Source of the DNA: Catajapyx aquilonaris
Lineage: Eukaryota
Assembly (NCBI GenBank): GCA_000934665.2
Contig: JYFJ02004346.1
Location: 1 to 32,777, forward strand
Length of the DNA: 32,777 bases
Reading direction: 5' to 3'
Shown here: positions 10,382 to 22,558 of the stretch, one piece after another
Numbering within the stretch: position 1 is the stretch's first letter
How the letters are laid out: each line of letters begins with the position of its first letter
Program-made: the position numbers and the translations under genes
Notes under the pieces: generated by a model
Told to the model about the DNA's origin: nothing
The model's input: the letters and a program-made list of their open reading frames with translations, nothing else
Database searches by the model: none

Positions 10382-10694
10382 GGGGAGGCGGAGTGGTGCT
10401 GCGGTAACGTATGCGCCCCCGGATGTTAAGGTCCCGGGTTTGATCCCAGCCCGGGGACACCCCCTTCATCTCGTGCAGAGTTCAGGGCTTCGTCTCGGGT
10501 GGTATTTCCTATAGACTAAACCACCCAGGGGAGTTCACTGCAAATGGCCACATTAGGACATTGCACTGCACCTTGCACATCCCCTCCTGTCATCCTGCCC
10601 GTGGGCCCGGGCGTTTCAAAAATATGGTCTATGTACTACAAGTTACAATAAAGGTCCGTGCCGCATACCCTATAGGGTCAGGCACTACCCAAGA

Positions 10695-10750
<56 letters not shown>
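10382..10750 (+). mobile_element. tRNA-derived SINE, family E (D-like core, different tail) with long (ATT)n tail
   Basis: A box TGGTGCTGCGG, B box GGTTTGATCCC, perfect 15-bp TSD TATTTGCTTACATAT (10367-10381/10751-10765). A second copy lies at 30725-31540. Confidence 0.9.
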
Positions 10751-10754
<4 letters not shown>

Positions 10755-10833
10755 TGCTTACATATACTCCGAAGATAAGGACATGATATTTTACAAATAA
10801 TAACAGGTATACTTACATGTTCATGCTTTACAC

Positions 10834-10956
10834 CAGTGGTTCCCAATCTTAGGGTTGGGACAGTTGGAGGGGGGAGGGGGGGGGTGTCTATACGGGTCAC
10901 CAGGTCGAGAAAAGGTTGTAGATAGGGCCATGACGAAAAAAGGTTGGAAACCACTG
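10834..10956. mobile_element. hAT (Charlie-like) MITE
   Basis: TIRs CAGTGGTTCCCAATCT and AGGTTGGAAACCACTG, with 8-bp flanks CTTTACAC / CTCTACAT (imperfect TSD). Confidence 0.8.
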
Positions 10957-10975
10957 CTCTACATTATGAATGTGG

Positions 10976-11811
10976 AACTACTGGCGACAGGCAGGAGATC
11001 ACCCAATTATTTGCTTCGGCTGGAGGTGGGCCGACCTCCACTGAAGGTCAAAATTATTTTGCTGGCATTGAAATACCTACGAAGAGTCGAAAAAATGGAA
11101 CCACACAGACTCCCCAATAGAGCTATGAAATTTGTTAAGAATCAAGCAAACGCTCCTCTAAGATTTAACTGGTATAATCAATTAGATAATTTGCTGTACG
11201 AATATGGACAATCGATTGAAAATTTCACAGGAATAAATGACGAAAGTTGGTCAAGGAATCACGCGATACTAACACAAACAATGCTAATTACGGAAGTTAC
11301 GAAAGATATCGAATGTCTCTCGAGGTCTGCCTCCAATGAAATGAAATTGATGTATTACGACCAACATAGATACATTCCAGCGGAATATGTCAGAGCCTTC
11401 ACAAATTTAAATCTTATTGTGAGTAGAATGCTGGCATGTCTAAGATTTAACTCCAACTGGATCCCATTAGGGGACAAGAACTGTATCCAAATTAACCCAG
11501 AAGAAGATTGTGACTTGTGTAACCAAAAGAAGGCGAATGACTGGGTTCACATACTAAGTGAATGCCCCATATTTGAAGGGGGAAGGTACAAGCTACAAAG
11601 AGTTATCCCTGTAATACAAAGTGAAAATATCTGGCATATCCTCCACGAATCCATAGTACAACAGAAGGCGATATACGTATTTTTGCTGTATGTAGCCAAA
11701 TGGCATAGAAACATCTTGTAATTACCAACTGTATGTTTACGAAAAAGAGTGGAGTCCCTCCCTATGCTTATATAGGGAGGTTAAAATAAAATTGATTGAA
11801 TTGATTGATTG
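10976..11811 (+). mobile_element. 5'-truncated non-LTR retrotransposon (LINE ORF2 C-terminus, RTE-X/L2-like)
   Basis: The open frame to 11721 contains SPNYLLRLEVGRPPL, HRLP and a C-terminal CDLCNQKKANDWVHILSECP zinc motif. It is followed by a 3'UTR hairpin CCTCCCTAT-GCTTAT-ATAGGGAGG, AATAAA and an (ATTG)n tail. The 13-bp TSD ATTATGAATGTGG is perfect (10963-10975/11812-11824). Clade assignment is tentative. Confidence 0.88.
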
Positions 11812-11939
11812 ATTATGAATGTGGTAGAAACCATTTCACTCATCTAGATTATCCTAAATTAATTTTCAAAAATATTGCCATAAAAACTAGAAATTCAAGT
11901 ACTACCGGCCAACTATTAGGCAGATTTAATTACTAAATA

Positions 11940-12537
11940 CAGTAAAACTTCTATAAGTCGAACTTCCCTAAGTCGAAGTTCTCTATAAGTGGAAGAAAAT
12001 GATGAGCTTGGTTGGTCACAATGTAAAATAATAGGAAATAAAGTCCCCTAACTCGAATTTCTATAACTCAAAGTTCTCCATAACTCGAAGTGCAGGAAGG
12101 GCCTTACAATGGGATATCAATGCATTTTCAGTCTCCCTAAGTCGAAGTTCATGTTGGCGAGTACGGAAAATTTTCTCCTTTCCCAGACGAAGGGTCGAGA
12201 GTAGGCCACATGTACAGAAAGGCTCAATTTCCTGATCTCCGTCTACCAGACGTACCTAAAAGAGTGTTTGACTCGATTGTGGCAATTGAATCCTTGCATC
12301 TAAGAGTAGGCAAATGTCCATAACGGAGATTTCTTTTGCAACAATACAACGAGGAACATTGCAAGTGTGATAGTGAGTTATTTTCAAGTTTTGAACACCT
12401 TTCGTCGCTGGATATAAAGGTAGGCTTCCTTATAGAGTTCTGTGCTTTAAAAAAGCCAAACTTCTCTAACTCGAATCTTCTATAACTCGAAGTTTTTTCC
12501 CGGTCCCATGGAGATTTGACTTATAGAAGTTTTACTG
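11940..12537. mobile_element. pogo/Tigger-like MITE
   Basis: TA|CAGTAAAACTTCTATAAGTC...GACTTATAGAAGTTTTACTG|TA, with repeated subterminal TAA(G/C)TCGAA motifs. Confidence 0.9.
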
Positions 12538-12767
12538 TATGTTAAAATATACAAAATATCTACCTCGAGAACCAAACCAGATGAAATTGCAGACATCGTT
12601 GTACTTTTTGAGAATTAAATAAACATTTCAAGGGAGTTTTCCGGAGTAACAGGAAAGCATCAGATAAGTATTCATTTCATTCTCGCAAAGTATGACAATT
12701 TCAGCAATTCCGTCTGGTTCGGTTCTCAAGGTAGATATTGCTGATATTTTAACGGATTTCGTAATTT

Positions 12768-13073
12768 TGTTGTTGTTGTTGTTCTTGTTTTGTTTTTTGT
12801 AATACCCGTGATAGGGCGGAGTCCTCTTAGGGGGGAAGGGGAGGTTCCTAAGGGAGGGTGCTGTAAATTTTAGTCATTTCTGACTTTCTGAAATACACCA
12901 GGCCTTTTCTCCTGGCCCTGGGCAGAGTAGGGAGTGCAATTCTGCCCCGGCATGTCGGGTGAAAAGCGGAAACAGACCCGGCCAAGCAGAGGTGACGGGG
13001 ACGGGATTTGAACCCTGGCCTCCCGCTTGGCTGGCCAGTGGGGCTACCACTAGACCACCATGCCTCCCCTCGT
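12768..13073 (-). mobile_element. tRNA-derived SINE, family A
   Basis: Minus strand: A box TGGTCTAGTGG, B box GGTTCAAATCCC, (CAA)n tail, TSD ATTTCGTAATTT (12756-12767/13074-13085). A second copy lies at 19434-19955. Confidence 0.9.
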
Positions 13074-14072
13074 ATTTCGTAATTTAATCAGCCTAACAGT
13101 TGCTCGGTAGTACTCGGATTCCCAGTTTTTATAGCCTTTTTTTGGAAATTAATTTAGGGACTTCTAGACAAGTAAAATTGTCCCAGACACATTCATAGTG
13201 TTTTCCCTGAACATGGTAAGTATAGCTGTTATTATTTGTAAAATATCTTGTAGGTATCTTTGGAGTATGCGTAAGCCAAAATCTACGTGGCCTATATGGT
13301 AGTGACGGGGTTAAGTAATACCCTCCCACATTTCGCAATTGAGCTATACCTTTTTCTTTGTGCTGCTGTATAAAGACCTTAAAATTCTCCAACACAATAG
13401 TAAGGAATCCTTACTATTATGTTGGAGAATTTTTTGTCCACTACTGCATATTCAGATTGGAGAAGAGATATCACTGGATTTTCAATGAAGTCATTGGAGC
13501 CTCAACATGGACAATCTCCATTACTTTGGCTGGGATAGTACATGCCCTACACCAGTCCTGCTAACATATAAACAGTAATTAGTATAATATAAGCAGCAAT
13601 TATTACCAGATCCCACAGAAATTCAATGTCCAAGTGTAATAATATTTATGCCAGTTGTTAACTGTCAAATCAATTTAAAAATTGGTGTCCGCCTAACTAT
13701 ATTGTTACGCTTCATAATTATCTATTCTAAAGTCCAGATAATCTTAAGGGTGATTTTTTATCACATTTTGTTTATTACCCCACCACTCCATTTGTTGGGA
13801 TGGGCGAACTACACTGGTATAGGGCAAGTATATGGCCCAGATGATAATGTGGATATGCTTCATGTTCCTAGTTAATATGATAATGTAGTAAATGTACTAT
13901 ATAGCTCAAAAAGATGAGATGATTTTGCATTTGGTTTCAAATGCAAAATGGTCTCCATCTTTTTGAGCAATATACTACAAACTCGCATCTATAAACAGAT
14001 CAGTAACTTGTCATAAAGCAATTTCTCTCACTGAAGGAACAAAGACTATGTTGCATCAAAACTTGTACATAC

Positions 14073-14247
14073 AATCACTGTCATTGCTCCTTCCACCACC
14101 TCCATCGTTACCACCGCCTCTTCCTGCCCCTGCTGCCCCCACGAGAGCAGGTGCAGCTGCTGCAGATGCATCAGAAGCATACAGACCAGGGAATTCCTTC
14201 TCCACATCAGGGCTCTCCATCAGGTCATCTCCATCATTGTCCATCAT
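14073..14247 (-). CDS. RALBP1: RalA-binding protein 1, coding exon 1 (the exon begins at 14318 with 5'UTR)
   Basis: ESPDVEKEFPGLYASD is the conserved Rlip N-terminus. Donor GATT|GTATGT (phase 1) joins in frame to exon 2. An upstream acceptor TTTGTGTTTCAG| at 14319-14321 implies a further 5' non-coding exon, which I could not locate. Confidence 0.92.
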
Positions 14248-14288
14248 TGAATTTCCTCTCTACTTATCAACAATACTTCTTTCTTCTG

Positions 14289-14300
14289 TTACTTCCCCAT
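14289..14300 (-). promoter_or_regulatory. Minimal upstream ORF (Met-Gly-Lys-stop) in the RalBP1 5'UTR
   Basis: GAC ATG GGG AAG TAA lies between the acceptor (14318) and the main ATG (14247), with a purine at -3 and G at +4. Function untested. Confidence 0.45.
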
Positions 14301-15662
14301 GTCAGGTGAATAATATGCCTGAAACACAAAGTACCTAAATGAGAAAGTGCTACTCAAACAATTCTGAAGTTATCAAATAGAGAGATATGTTGCAGGATAA
14401 GTTTTGGCTCATGTGGCAATAATTTTTTGTGAGGATGTTACCTATAATATTACATGACAAAGTGAAACTCAGATTTTGCTTCGTTAGAGAAATCTGGACT
14501 TGAAAATCACGAATTTGCAGCTTATTTGAACTTCAAATGGCCAAAGAATCCATTCTCTAGTAATGGCCAAATATAATCAAATAGACATATTAGTTGGACA
14601 AGCACTTTGGACCACCCTGCAAGAAAACATTGTGCGTGCCATAGCAGGCTTATGCGCATGGGTCCAAGATAAAAATATAATGTAACAAATTTAGTACAAG
14701 TGACAAAAAAAAAATTCCTTATCATCCCATTTTATGATATTATATTGCTAGAAAATCCTGAGACAGTAATGAATTCCATTAAGCAAAATTGTCTCAATCT
14801 TCTTTATAGATGTACAGGATGTTCCAAGTAGGGTAAGTTGAGGTAAGTGCAGAAATGGAGCAAGTGCAGGATTGCTTCTAATATATAGCACAAGGAGATA
14901 TCGAAAATCATGTAAACGTTCACAATGACCTTTTCCAAATCTGCTAAAAGTAGCACGATCTTCTCTCTTTCATCACATTGATAAAAAAATTGCCACCAAG
15001 CTTAAGCTGGCGTTTTAACTTTTCCAGTGATTATGTATCTTTCACAGAATTTCTGGCGTCACTTTTGAAGCTGTTAACCCACTCATATGTTATTGCTTGT
15101 CTTACAGAATGCTCATCAAAAGCCTTGTTCAGCATTCAGTGGGTTGCAGCCGAAATTTTGTTGAGCTGGAAGCACAATTTAATACAAATCCTTTGCTCCC
15201 TAACATCAGCCATTTCGAAAAATTGCAGAAGCACAAGAACACAGTGTCAAGATAACTGCCGAAACTCGGAAACATGTGCACCTATGAAGATGATATTTTT
15301 CAGACTAATAGCTGAAAGGTGCTCCTAGCTCCCCCTAGCGTCACAAGTTCGTACTTCCACTGGTTTGCACGGTATACCGAAAATCTGGGAACTTATCGAT
15401 CACACCTCGTATGGGAGGCCTTAACTACCCCAGCCGATCGGAGTCGACCCATATGGTTCACAACTTCCCCGCTAGAGGCGGCGCACCTATCTTGGCTCTT
15501 GATGCCAGCGCTGCCTGTGGCAAACCCCCTTGGTGGGGGAGCAGAGCTAAACTCACAGTGGGAGCAATGTATAAGGTATACGAGTGTTTGGGGATGGTTT
15601 AGTCAGAATTCAACAAGTTGGAATCCAAAAATTTGAAATAAAGTGCTGCTTCAAAATACAGC

Positions 15663-16300
15663 ATCAGTAAGGAATGGATTTCTAGGTTCTAAAAAACCCT
15701 CAAATAGGTAGGAATTTAGGCCCTGAAAACAGTCAAAATAGGCTCTTAATAGACAGTAAAAATCAAGCAGGTCTTAATTTATTTTCATTTCTACACAATA
15801 TTACAGCCTACTCGTGGCCTTGGAATTTTGCTGCACAGTAACAAACAGGCAGTTCTTCCTTATTTTCATTGGTTAATTGCAGTTATTCGGCGACGCCTGT
15901 CTGATAAAAGTGACAATACATTTTGACACAATGAAAATGACCTTTTGATGTCACACAAAGCAACTACATCATACTTTAAAAGTCAAATGTCTTCTATAGC
16001 CAGTTTATCTGGCATGCCTACACCTTCTTCGCCCTTCACAGGTTGAAGTGGGAGGGATTCCTTGAACGAAAAACCCGAAAACCCATTGAAAATCAGATAG
16101 AACGGCGTCAAAAAGGTGGAAATAGGTCCAAAATAGGCGCCAATAGGCCAGTCCCAACGTCTGAAATAGTCAATTTTAGGTTCTATAAAACTACGATTTT
16201 TGAGGTCCTTGTGTTATGAAACAGATACATATTTTGATTCCAGTGTTCTTCCTACATAATAAAAGGTAGGTAAAAACCTAGAAATCTGTTCTCTAATCAT
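15663..16300 (-). mobile_element. Degenerate hAT-family deletion derivative with transposase C-terminal remnant
   Basis: Inverted termini GGAATGGATTTCTAGGTT and AACCTAGAAATCTGTTC. Minus-strand translation of ~16000-15880, EDI*LLKYDVVALCDIKRSFSLCQNVLSLLSDRRRR, resembles the hAT dimerisation-region motif FKYAPITSCDVERSFS...LSDRR. Confidence 0.65.
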
Positions 16301-17927
16301 CAGTTTTGCTAGCAATTGCAACATGAACATAAAATTCCATGTCTAATTCAGTCTAATTTTAAAGTCAGTGCCATCCCATATCTCCAGAGTGGCGAAGGGG
16401 AGAAGCCAACGAGAAATAGCCACAGTAGGGAATAAAAAACCAATCAACAAATTAATGCCAGTAGAACAAAAGATATGGCAACATTTTCTACCTGCCAAGC
16501 ACAGTGACAACAAAGTAATGCTAACAGACAAAGTATGCCATGTGGATGAGCCAATCACAGTGCCCCTTATTCTGTGAAGATCCTGCCAGCCACACGAGTG
16601 GGCAAAGCAGTATTACTGTATCTCTCCAGGAAAGTTATGACTTAAACTTGGCTGCATTTTCTTAAGCACCATTGAATTCTGAAACTGACCACATAGGCCT
16701 ATTTAAAATCATAATTCATTCCCCCCCCCCCCCTGCTTTTTGGAGTCCAAATTGCCAAAACATGAAACCCTTCCTTCAATAACATTTAAAGGAGGGTAGA
16801 AGAGTGTTTACAATATCAAAAACGTTAGGTTTGAAAATCTGGGCACACAAAATAGCCAAGCTTCACTTTCAGCAACTAAACGTACCGTAACCTATTTTTT
16901 ATTAATACCAAAAAACATCTACCTAAGAATTTCTGCAATAGAAGCTCTTCCTTGTTGGACTGGGGGTAGATGCAGCAGTATTCCACTAAAAATGAAGACC
17001 ATATTAATTGTCAACTCATCTCAGTACTTTCTGAAAACAAGCGAGTGATGCTAATTAAAAAAAGAGCAGTCTTGAAGTGTCTTCCCAAGCTTGTGAGAAA
17101 CGACCTTAGCAAAAGCATGAGTGGGGACATGATGCAAATTCTCGAAACCCATTTGTCAATGGAGTTGCCTGTGAATTCAACGTACCAAAGGGGGTTGTCC
17201 ATGCTTTAGCTGACACCAATTCTCATGAGCTTGGGAATACACCTCCAGGGCCAGTTGAGTGATTGACGGTTATCCCAAGACAAGAAATTAATCCCACACA
17301 AAGATGGCATCATTAACCTGTTTTAACGTTTACCTTTGATCATGCAACCAGGTCTTAAATTTGCCTAAATAATCACTCAAATATTGAGTAATCATTAAGT
17401 TATTCAGTGCCAGTTATACACAGATTATAAGCAGATTGCATAATATGACAAAGGATTCATCCCATGATTAAATTTCTATGTGCTTTTATAATACTTCATG
17501 GAGGTCTTCCTCTCATATATTAGATGAAAACGTAAAACACAACATTTTCATATCTGTTCCCTGAGTGTTGCAAATACATGTCACATAATATAAGATCCGT
17601 CTGCCCATTTTCCCATGCCAGTGTTATACCAATGTGCAGTTTTGCCTGTAAATTCACGGGTTCAGACCACTTAGTATTGTACGAGAGGCTCAAGGCATGA
17701 CTTACTTCACCTCAGAAGACAGTGTTTTTTTACAGCCTGAATGTCAGCTGGTGGGATTGTATGCAGATATAAGCTGGCTTAACAGTACCCCATCCGTTAT
17801 TAACTCATGCGAAGACATCAAGGCCTTCGCAGTGCCTGGCAATGAGTTACACAGGAACCGAGAGTCAGTGCAGGCAATGGGTGTTTCTTTCTATCCTCTG
17901 TTTTCCACCCCACTTTACAGATGGTAT

Positions 17928-18150
17928 GGCCCCTGTCCGTTGGGCGGCGCTGTTAATTTGGCCAAAAAATTGACTGGGAATAGAGCGCCACTACACAATT
18001 AATTGCAAAACACTATCTAATGCACACTGCTCGACAGGGTTGCACAACTGTTTAGAAGCGGTTGCAATGGTTGCAAAATTGGCCGCCTAATGTCGCTTTG
18101 GCCAGCTGAGCACAGCACACTGCAGACAGCGTCGCCCAACGAACAGTGTC
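17928..18150. mobile_element. Small MITE (Harbinger-like termini, unclassified)
   Basis: Inverted repeats GGCCCCTGTCCGTTGGGCGGCGCTGT and ACAGCGTCGCCCAACGAACAGTGTC. Confidence 0.6.
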
Positions 18151-19433
18151 AAAATCAAAACATTAGATGTGGGTGGGGAGCGGTGGGGGACGGTGGGAGT
18201 AGACCACGATAATAACTACACTGTAAACCGCAAAACATTAAAAGATAAAGATCATCACTGGTGAGTCTTGCATGGATCATCAATTTTTGATGCACTTCTA
18301 ATGCTCTGCCAATGCTCTTGTGATGCTTTTTAGCAACAAAAAAGCATCACAAGAGCATGAGCAGAGCATTAGAAGAGCATTAAAAATATGATATTCCATG
18401 AGAGACTCACCAGAGACCTCTTTTATGTTTTGCGCTTTACAGTGTATATAATCTTCCATTGGCTCTTTTTCCGTACCTAAACTCATAATGAGCTCATAAC
18501 GAGCTAGAAAAAAATGTAAAAACACTTCCCCTACTCCTATATAGACCTGCACTGATTGTACGTATGTGAACATGAACACACCCGCTTCCGGGGTGTCACC
18601 TAGCTATATCGGCACCATTATGAAAGTATATAATAGATTTTTCAATGTTTTAAGTTGTTTCTAGGTCTTTTACACTCAGGTATGTGGGAGATATTTTCTA
18701 TGTCGAACAGAAATAGACTTCTAAACATGTCATCACAGGTAATTATACAGATGAAAGACTTATTGCTGGTTCAGCACTTTTAATGAACATAGGGTACAGT
18801 ACTTTACAGGTCAAGATAAGAAAAGACAACCATAACAAGTGTGGTAACTATAGTAAGCAACAATATTAATACACAACATAGGCTATACTACAAAGTTCCC
18901 TAAAAATCAGTTCACTTTGGATTCCTAAATTATAGTGTTACTAACTTTTTACTTCTTGGACGAATAAATTGACAGGAATATGATGCCATTTCAGGACATG
19001 TAAGTCTCTTTTCTATATTACACTAGTCAACGAAGGTTTTTGGCACATGAACAATATATTTTAGCTGTTTTTAATGCATTCATATGCGCTTATTCCGAAT
19101 ATGATTGAAGTCAGAAAGTATCCATCACCCTCAATTTTTTTTGTAACAGGCATACCTTATTTTGCGGAAAGTACACAGCTGAACATTGCTCAATATGACT
19201 AATACTGTATATGGTCAAGAATGGTTTTGTTAAATGGGCATTTTCACTTTTTACCATGTATTAGTATGTGCTGAGTTTGAATTTGAAGTCAAAATGTTTC
19301 TATCGGCATCCAGTTTCTTGTAACAAGCCTTACTCCCTCGAGCATAGCTCAATATTATTAATTTATTGGGCAACATTGGGTTTTGTTTAAGGCACCATTT
19401 TTGGTGTGTCTCATGTATTAGTAGGCACTGATT

Positions 19434-19955
19434 TGTTATTATTATCTTTCTTTAAATTTACCCTGTGATAGGGCGGAGCACTTTTAGGGGGGAAGGGGAG
19501 GTTCCCGAGGGAGGGAGCTTTATAATTGATATTAGTGAGGTTGGTCCGGCATTGCCTCTTCAACCTCCAAGGGTAGGGAAGGAAGGGAGCGGCTGTGGCC
19601 TATTATATGGAAGCGACCCTGGAATTAATTATCCTAGGAAGACCGTGGAAAACCACAACAGAAAACCACGGTCAGGATCGTCGGCCCCGGGATTCGAACC
19701 CAGGACCTCCCGATTAGCAGTTGGACGCCTTATCCACCATGCCAACCTGCTTCGGTATGAGGGAGGGAGCTGTAATTATAGTCATTTCTGACTTTCTGAA
19801 ATACAAAAACCTTTTCTCCTGGCCCTGGGCAGAGTATAGGGAATGCAATTCTACCCCGTCATGTCGGGTGAAAAGGGGGAAAAGACCCGACCAAGCAGAG
19901 GTGACGGGGACAGGATTTGAACCCTGGCCTCCCGCTTGGCTGGCCAGCCTCCCTG
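19434..19955 (-). mobile_element. SINE family A copy interrupted by a family C SINE
   Basis: Homologous to 12768-13073, with TSD TAGTAGGCACTGATT (19419-19433/19956-19970). The A-box region is deleted. Confidence 0.85.
19520..19758 (-). mobile_element. tRNA-derived SINE, family C variant, nested in SINE A
   Basis: Head ACCGAAGCAGGTTGGCATGGTGG...GGTTCGAATCCC, TSD GAGGGAGGGAGCT (19507-19519/19759-19771). The 3' tail differs from the other C copies. Confidence 0.85.
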
Positions 19956-21872
19956 TAGTAGGCACTGATTGTAAATATAAAGCATAAAGTCAGAATTTTA
20001 ATATCGGCATCCATTTTCTTCTTGGATAGTGCATACCTTGTTTTCTAAAATTACTGCACATTGTTCATTGTCACCTTGTGCATTTTTTTTTTTTTAGTAA
20101 TCTACAATGGGAGCATCATAACTAATCCATACCGGTACTAAGCCCTATTAGTCATTACTTACTCACATATTTATTTCAAAGTGTATGACTGTAGCCTACA
20201 TTAAAATAGGCTTTTTGATACCGTAAAAATGCCAATTACTCAAAAACTGAAGGTGATAGAAAATATCGGTTAACATTTGAAATCAGCACAAAGAATACAA
20301 TAAGAATCACACATTTATGCATATGTGCTGGAAATATTTAAATTGTTGATCAGCCATACAAATAATGAAGTACTTTTTTACCATACAACTGCCAATTACT
20401 CAAAAACTATAGGTACGGTAATCAAGTCAAATGGTTAACAGATTTGAAATCAGGACAGAGAGTACTAGAGTAAGCTCACATTCATGTACATGCGCCAAAA
20501 TAATATAATAGGCCTACTATAATTTTGTCGATCAGTGTTACATGAAGTGTTACGTGAAGGATGTTCATTGCTATACCATAAAATGCTGATTACTAAAAAA
20601 CTGTGGGTGATAGAAGAAATTGGTTAACATATTTGAAATAAGAGCAAAAATTACAATATGAACAGCACATTCATGTACATGTGCCAAAAAAAAAATCAAT
20701 TTTGTTACCGGTACCGGTACCTAGTGTTATCATTGCACAATAACAACTGAAGTTTCTGGAACAACAACACTCTGGTGGTCCCCGGTCCTGGCACTATTAG
20801 TATTGGTACTGGCAGTATATCTGTGTGGCTTTGTGATGACTGCATATCATTATGGTCCGTCTTGCAGCCTTGCCAGGAACATTTCCTAATGATTTTACGT
20901 AGATGCGAGAATCCATACTGCTACTGTCTGTCTTGTGAGCTACAGGTCAATGAACATTATCGTGGGATTGCCAATTTGTATCTCATTAATTGGAGACCAT
21001 GGAGCCAGGACCTGTGACTAGGGACCTGGAAAAAAGTGTTGGGGTTAAGGAATATCATGCAAGGATGAAGCAAATGACTCCATTGTTGAAGTTCGTTACT
21101 CCTGATGTCACATGCAGTCACTGTATATGACCCCTGGCAAGTTTCAAAATTGGAAAATTAATATCTTTCATTTGGAGAATCAAAAATTTATGACTTTTAG
21201 TGGCATTCCTTGTGAAGGCCATGTAATGTATTAAAAATACAACCTCAAGTTTTGTTGGGACAATAATTATGTCCCTTCAATAAACATGTCTACAAAAGGT
21301 TGATTGGCTCATATTCACTGAATGAACCATAGGCCTATATCAATTAACTTACCTCACTCCTCCAAGCATGACTATAATAAGACATTTAAACATGTTTAAA
21401 TCAGCCTCGAATTGTGCAGGGTTGTAGGGAAGAGTCTTGAACAGAACAAAATTATTATTTAGTGTGAGCTTTTCACCCCCATAAATTCGCCTACTGATCA
21501 TGTCATAAATTATTATTTTCATCCAGGTTCAGGTCTGATCAACTGAGACTATGGTGTCCTGACCCTGTCACATAATGGATTGGACTGCATGATCAGGGAA
21601 GGCCTGCTGCCCCCTCTCGTGTAGGTTTAGCACCTATGAAGTAGAATCAGACCCTTCATATCCTTGAAATGCTTTATTTGAGTGCATTTTTGGATAGTTA
21701 CAGTTCAGCTGTTCAGGCATGTAAAAATATTTTTAACAAAACACAAGTGTAAGGCACAATAATTATTATGTTTGTGTCTGTATTGCTGCCGTTTATATAG
21801 TCTTCTACAATTCCTACGGTAATTGCAATGGGAGACTGACCAAATTCCTGGAGAAGGTACGGAGCATTCAAC

Positions 21873-22558
21873 ATGGATACTTGGCTAACTGCAAATGGGA
21901 CCATGAACAACATCAATGATCCATCTCAACCTACCAACACCACACCCCTTATTGCTTTCTCTCACTTACCATCCAGCAAATACATACAAACAACATTTGA
22001 AACCACAATACCACAATGTGACACCCCAGACAACAGTTTGGCCTCCACTTCTATGCAGCTTGGAAGTTCAGATTACAATATGGGCACAAGTTCTCACCAT
22101 TCTGATTTTGAAAGGAGCATAGCTTCATTCAACACAGACTGCAACATGGGAACAGCTTCCCAAAGTACCCAAAGCATAGTCACATATTTCCATAGTTCAA
22201 AGTACGAAAGTGAGACAACATACAGTTGTTCCCCAGAGGACAATGTGACCACAACTCAGTTCCATTTTAAAACTGCAACAATATGTGACGACTCCTCTGA
22301 TCACACAATGGACGTGGATAATCCAAATATGGAATGCAATTCAAGCAGCCTGACTGCCCTTGTGACAAGTAATTCAAGCAACCTGAGTACCCTCATGGCA
22401 CATGCAGTGGTTAACACCAACAATACCATAATCCATAATATATTGCATGGGAAGCGCCAGCATAATGTAATCTCCGAACCTTCTACGCCTTTTAATTCTT
22501 TCAAGAGCATGGACCAAGATGTCAACACACCTAGGATCAGACTCATTCCAAAGCACAG
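21873..22558 (+). CDS. Putative orphan Ser/Thr/Asn-rich protein, main exon (may be a pseudogene or a TE/virus-derived gene)
   Basis: A 229-codon ATG-initiated ORF in AT-rich DNA ends exactly at a consensus donor CAG|GTGAGT (22559). No recognisable domain. Confidence 0.4.

Larger units (their letters stand above)
10332..13310. mobile_element. piggyBac-like palindromic MITE interrupted by five younger insertions
   Basis: TTAA at 10328-10331 and 13311-13314. After removing the nested elements, the remainder is colinear with the un-nested copy at 26454-27361 (e.g. GAAGATAAGGACATGATATTTTACAAATAATAACAG and CAGCCTAACAGTTG). Confidence 0.8.
19021..20726. mobile_element. Fold-back non-autonomous DNA element with CAC...GTG termini (Chapaev3/CMC-like)
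   Basis: TTA|CACTAG...CTAGTG|TTA. The right arm has three ~170-bp tandem units (TGCCAATTACTCAAAAACT...GGTTAACA...ACATTCATGTACATG(T/C)GCCAAAA at ~20225, 20390 and 20580). The left arm has degenerate units in the opposite orientation. Confidence 0.5.

Noticed and set aside
6342..10954. ORFs with poly-I, poly-L, poly-Y or poly-T tracts
   Set aside because: These are translations of (AAT)n microsatellites and SINE tails.
10855..10975. N-terminal part of the 288-aa ORF as a real start or a chimeric gene
   Set aside because: It crosses a hAT MITE and the LINE TSD; the track start is TTG and the open frame is fortuitous.
15320..15560. CpG-richer block with TATCGAT as the RalBP1 promoter
   Set aside because: The DRE match is imperfect, I identified no associated donor site, and it could equally be repeat-derived.
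16340..17210. Possible decayed LINE RT (NCQLISVLS resembling NYRPISxLS)
   Set aside because: A single weak motif with no other RT motifs recognised.
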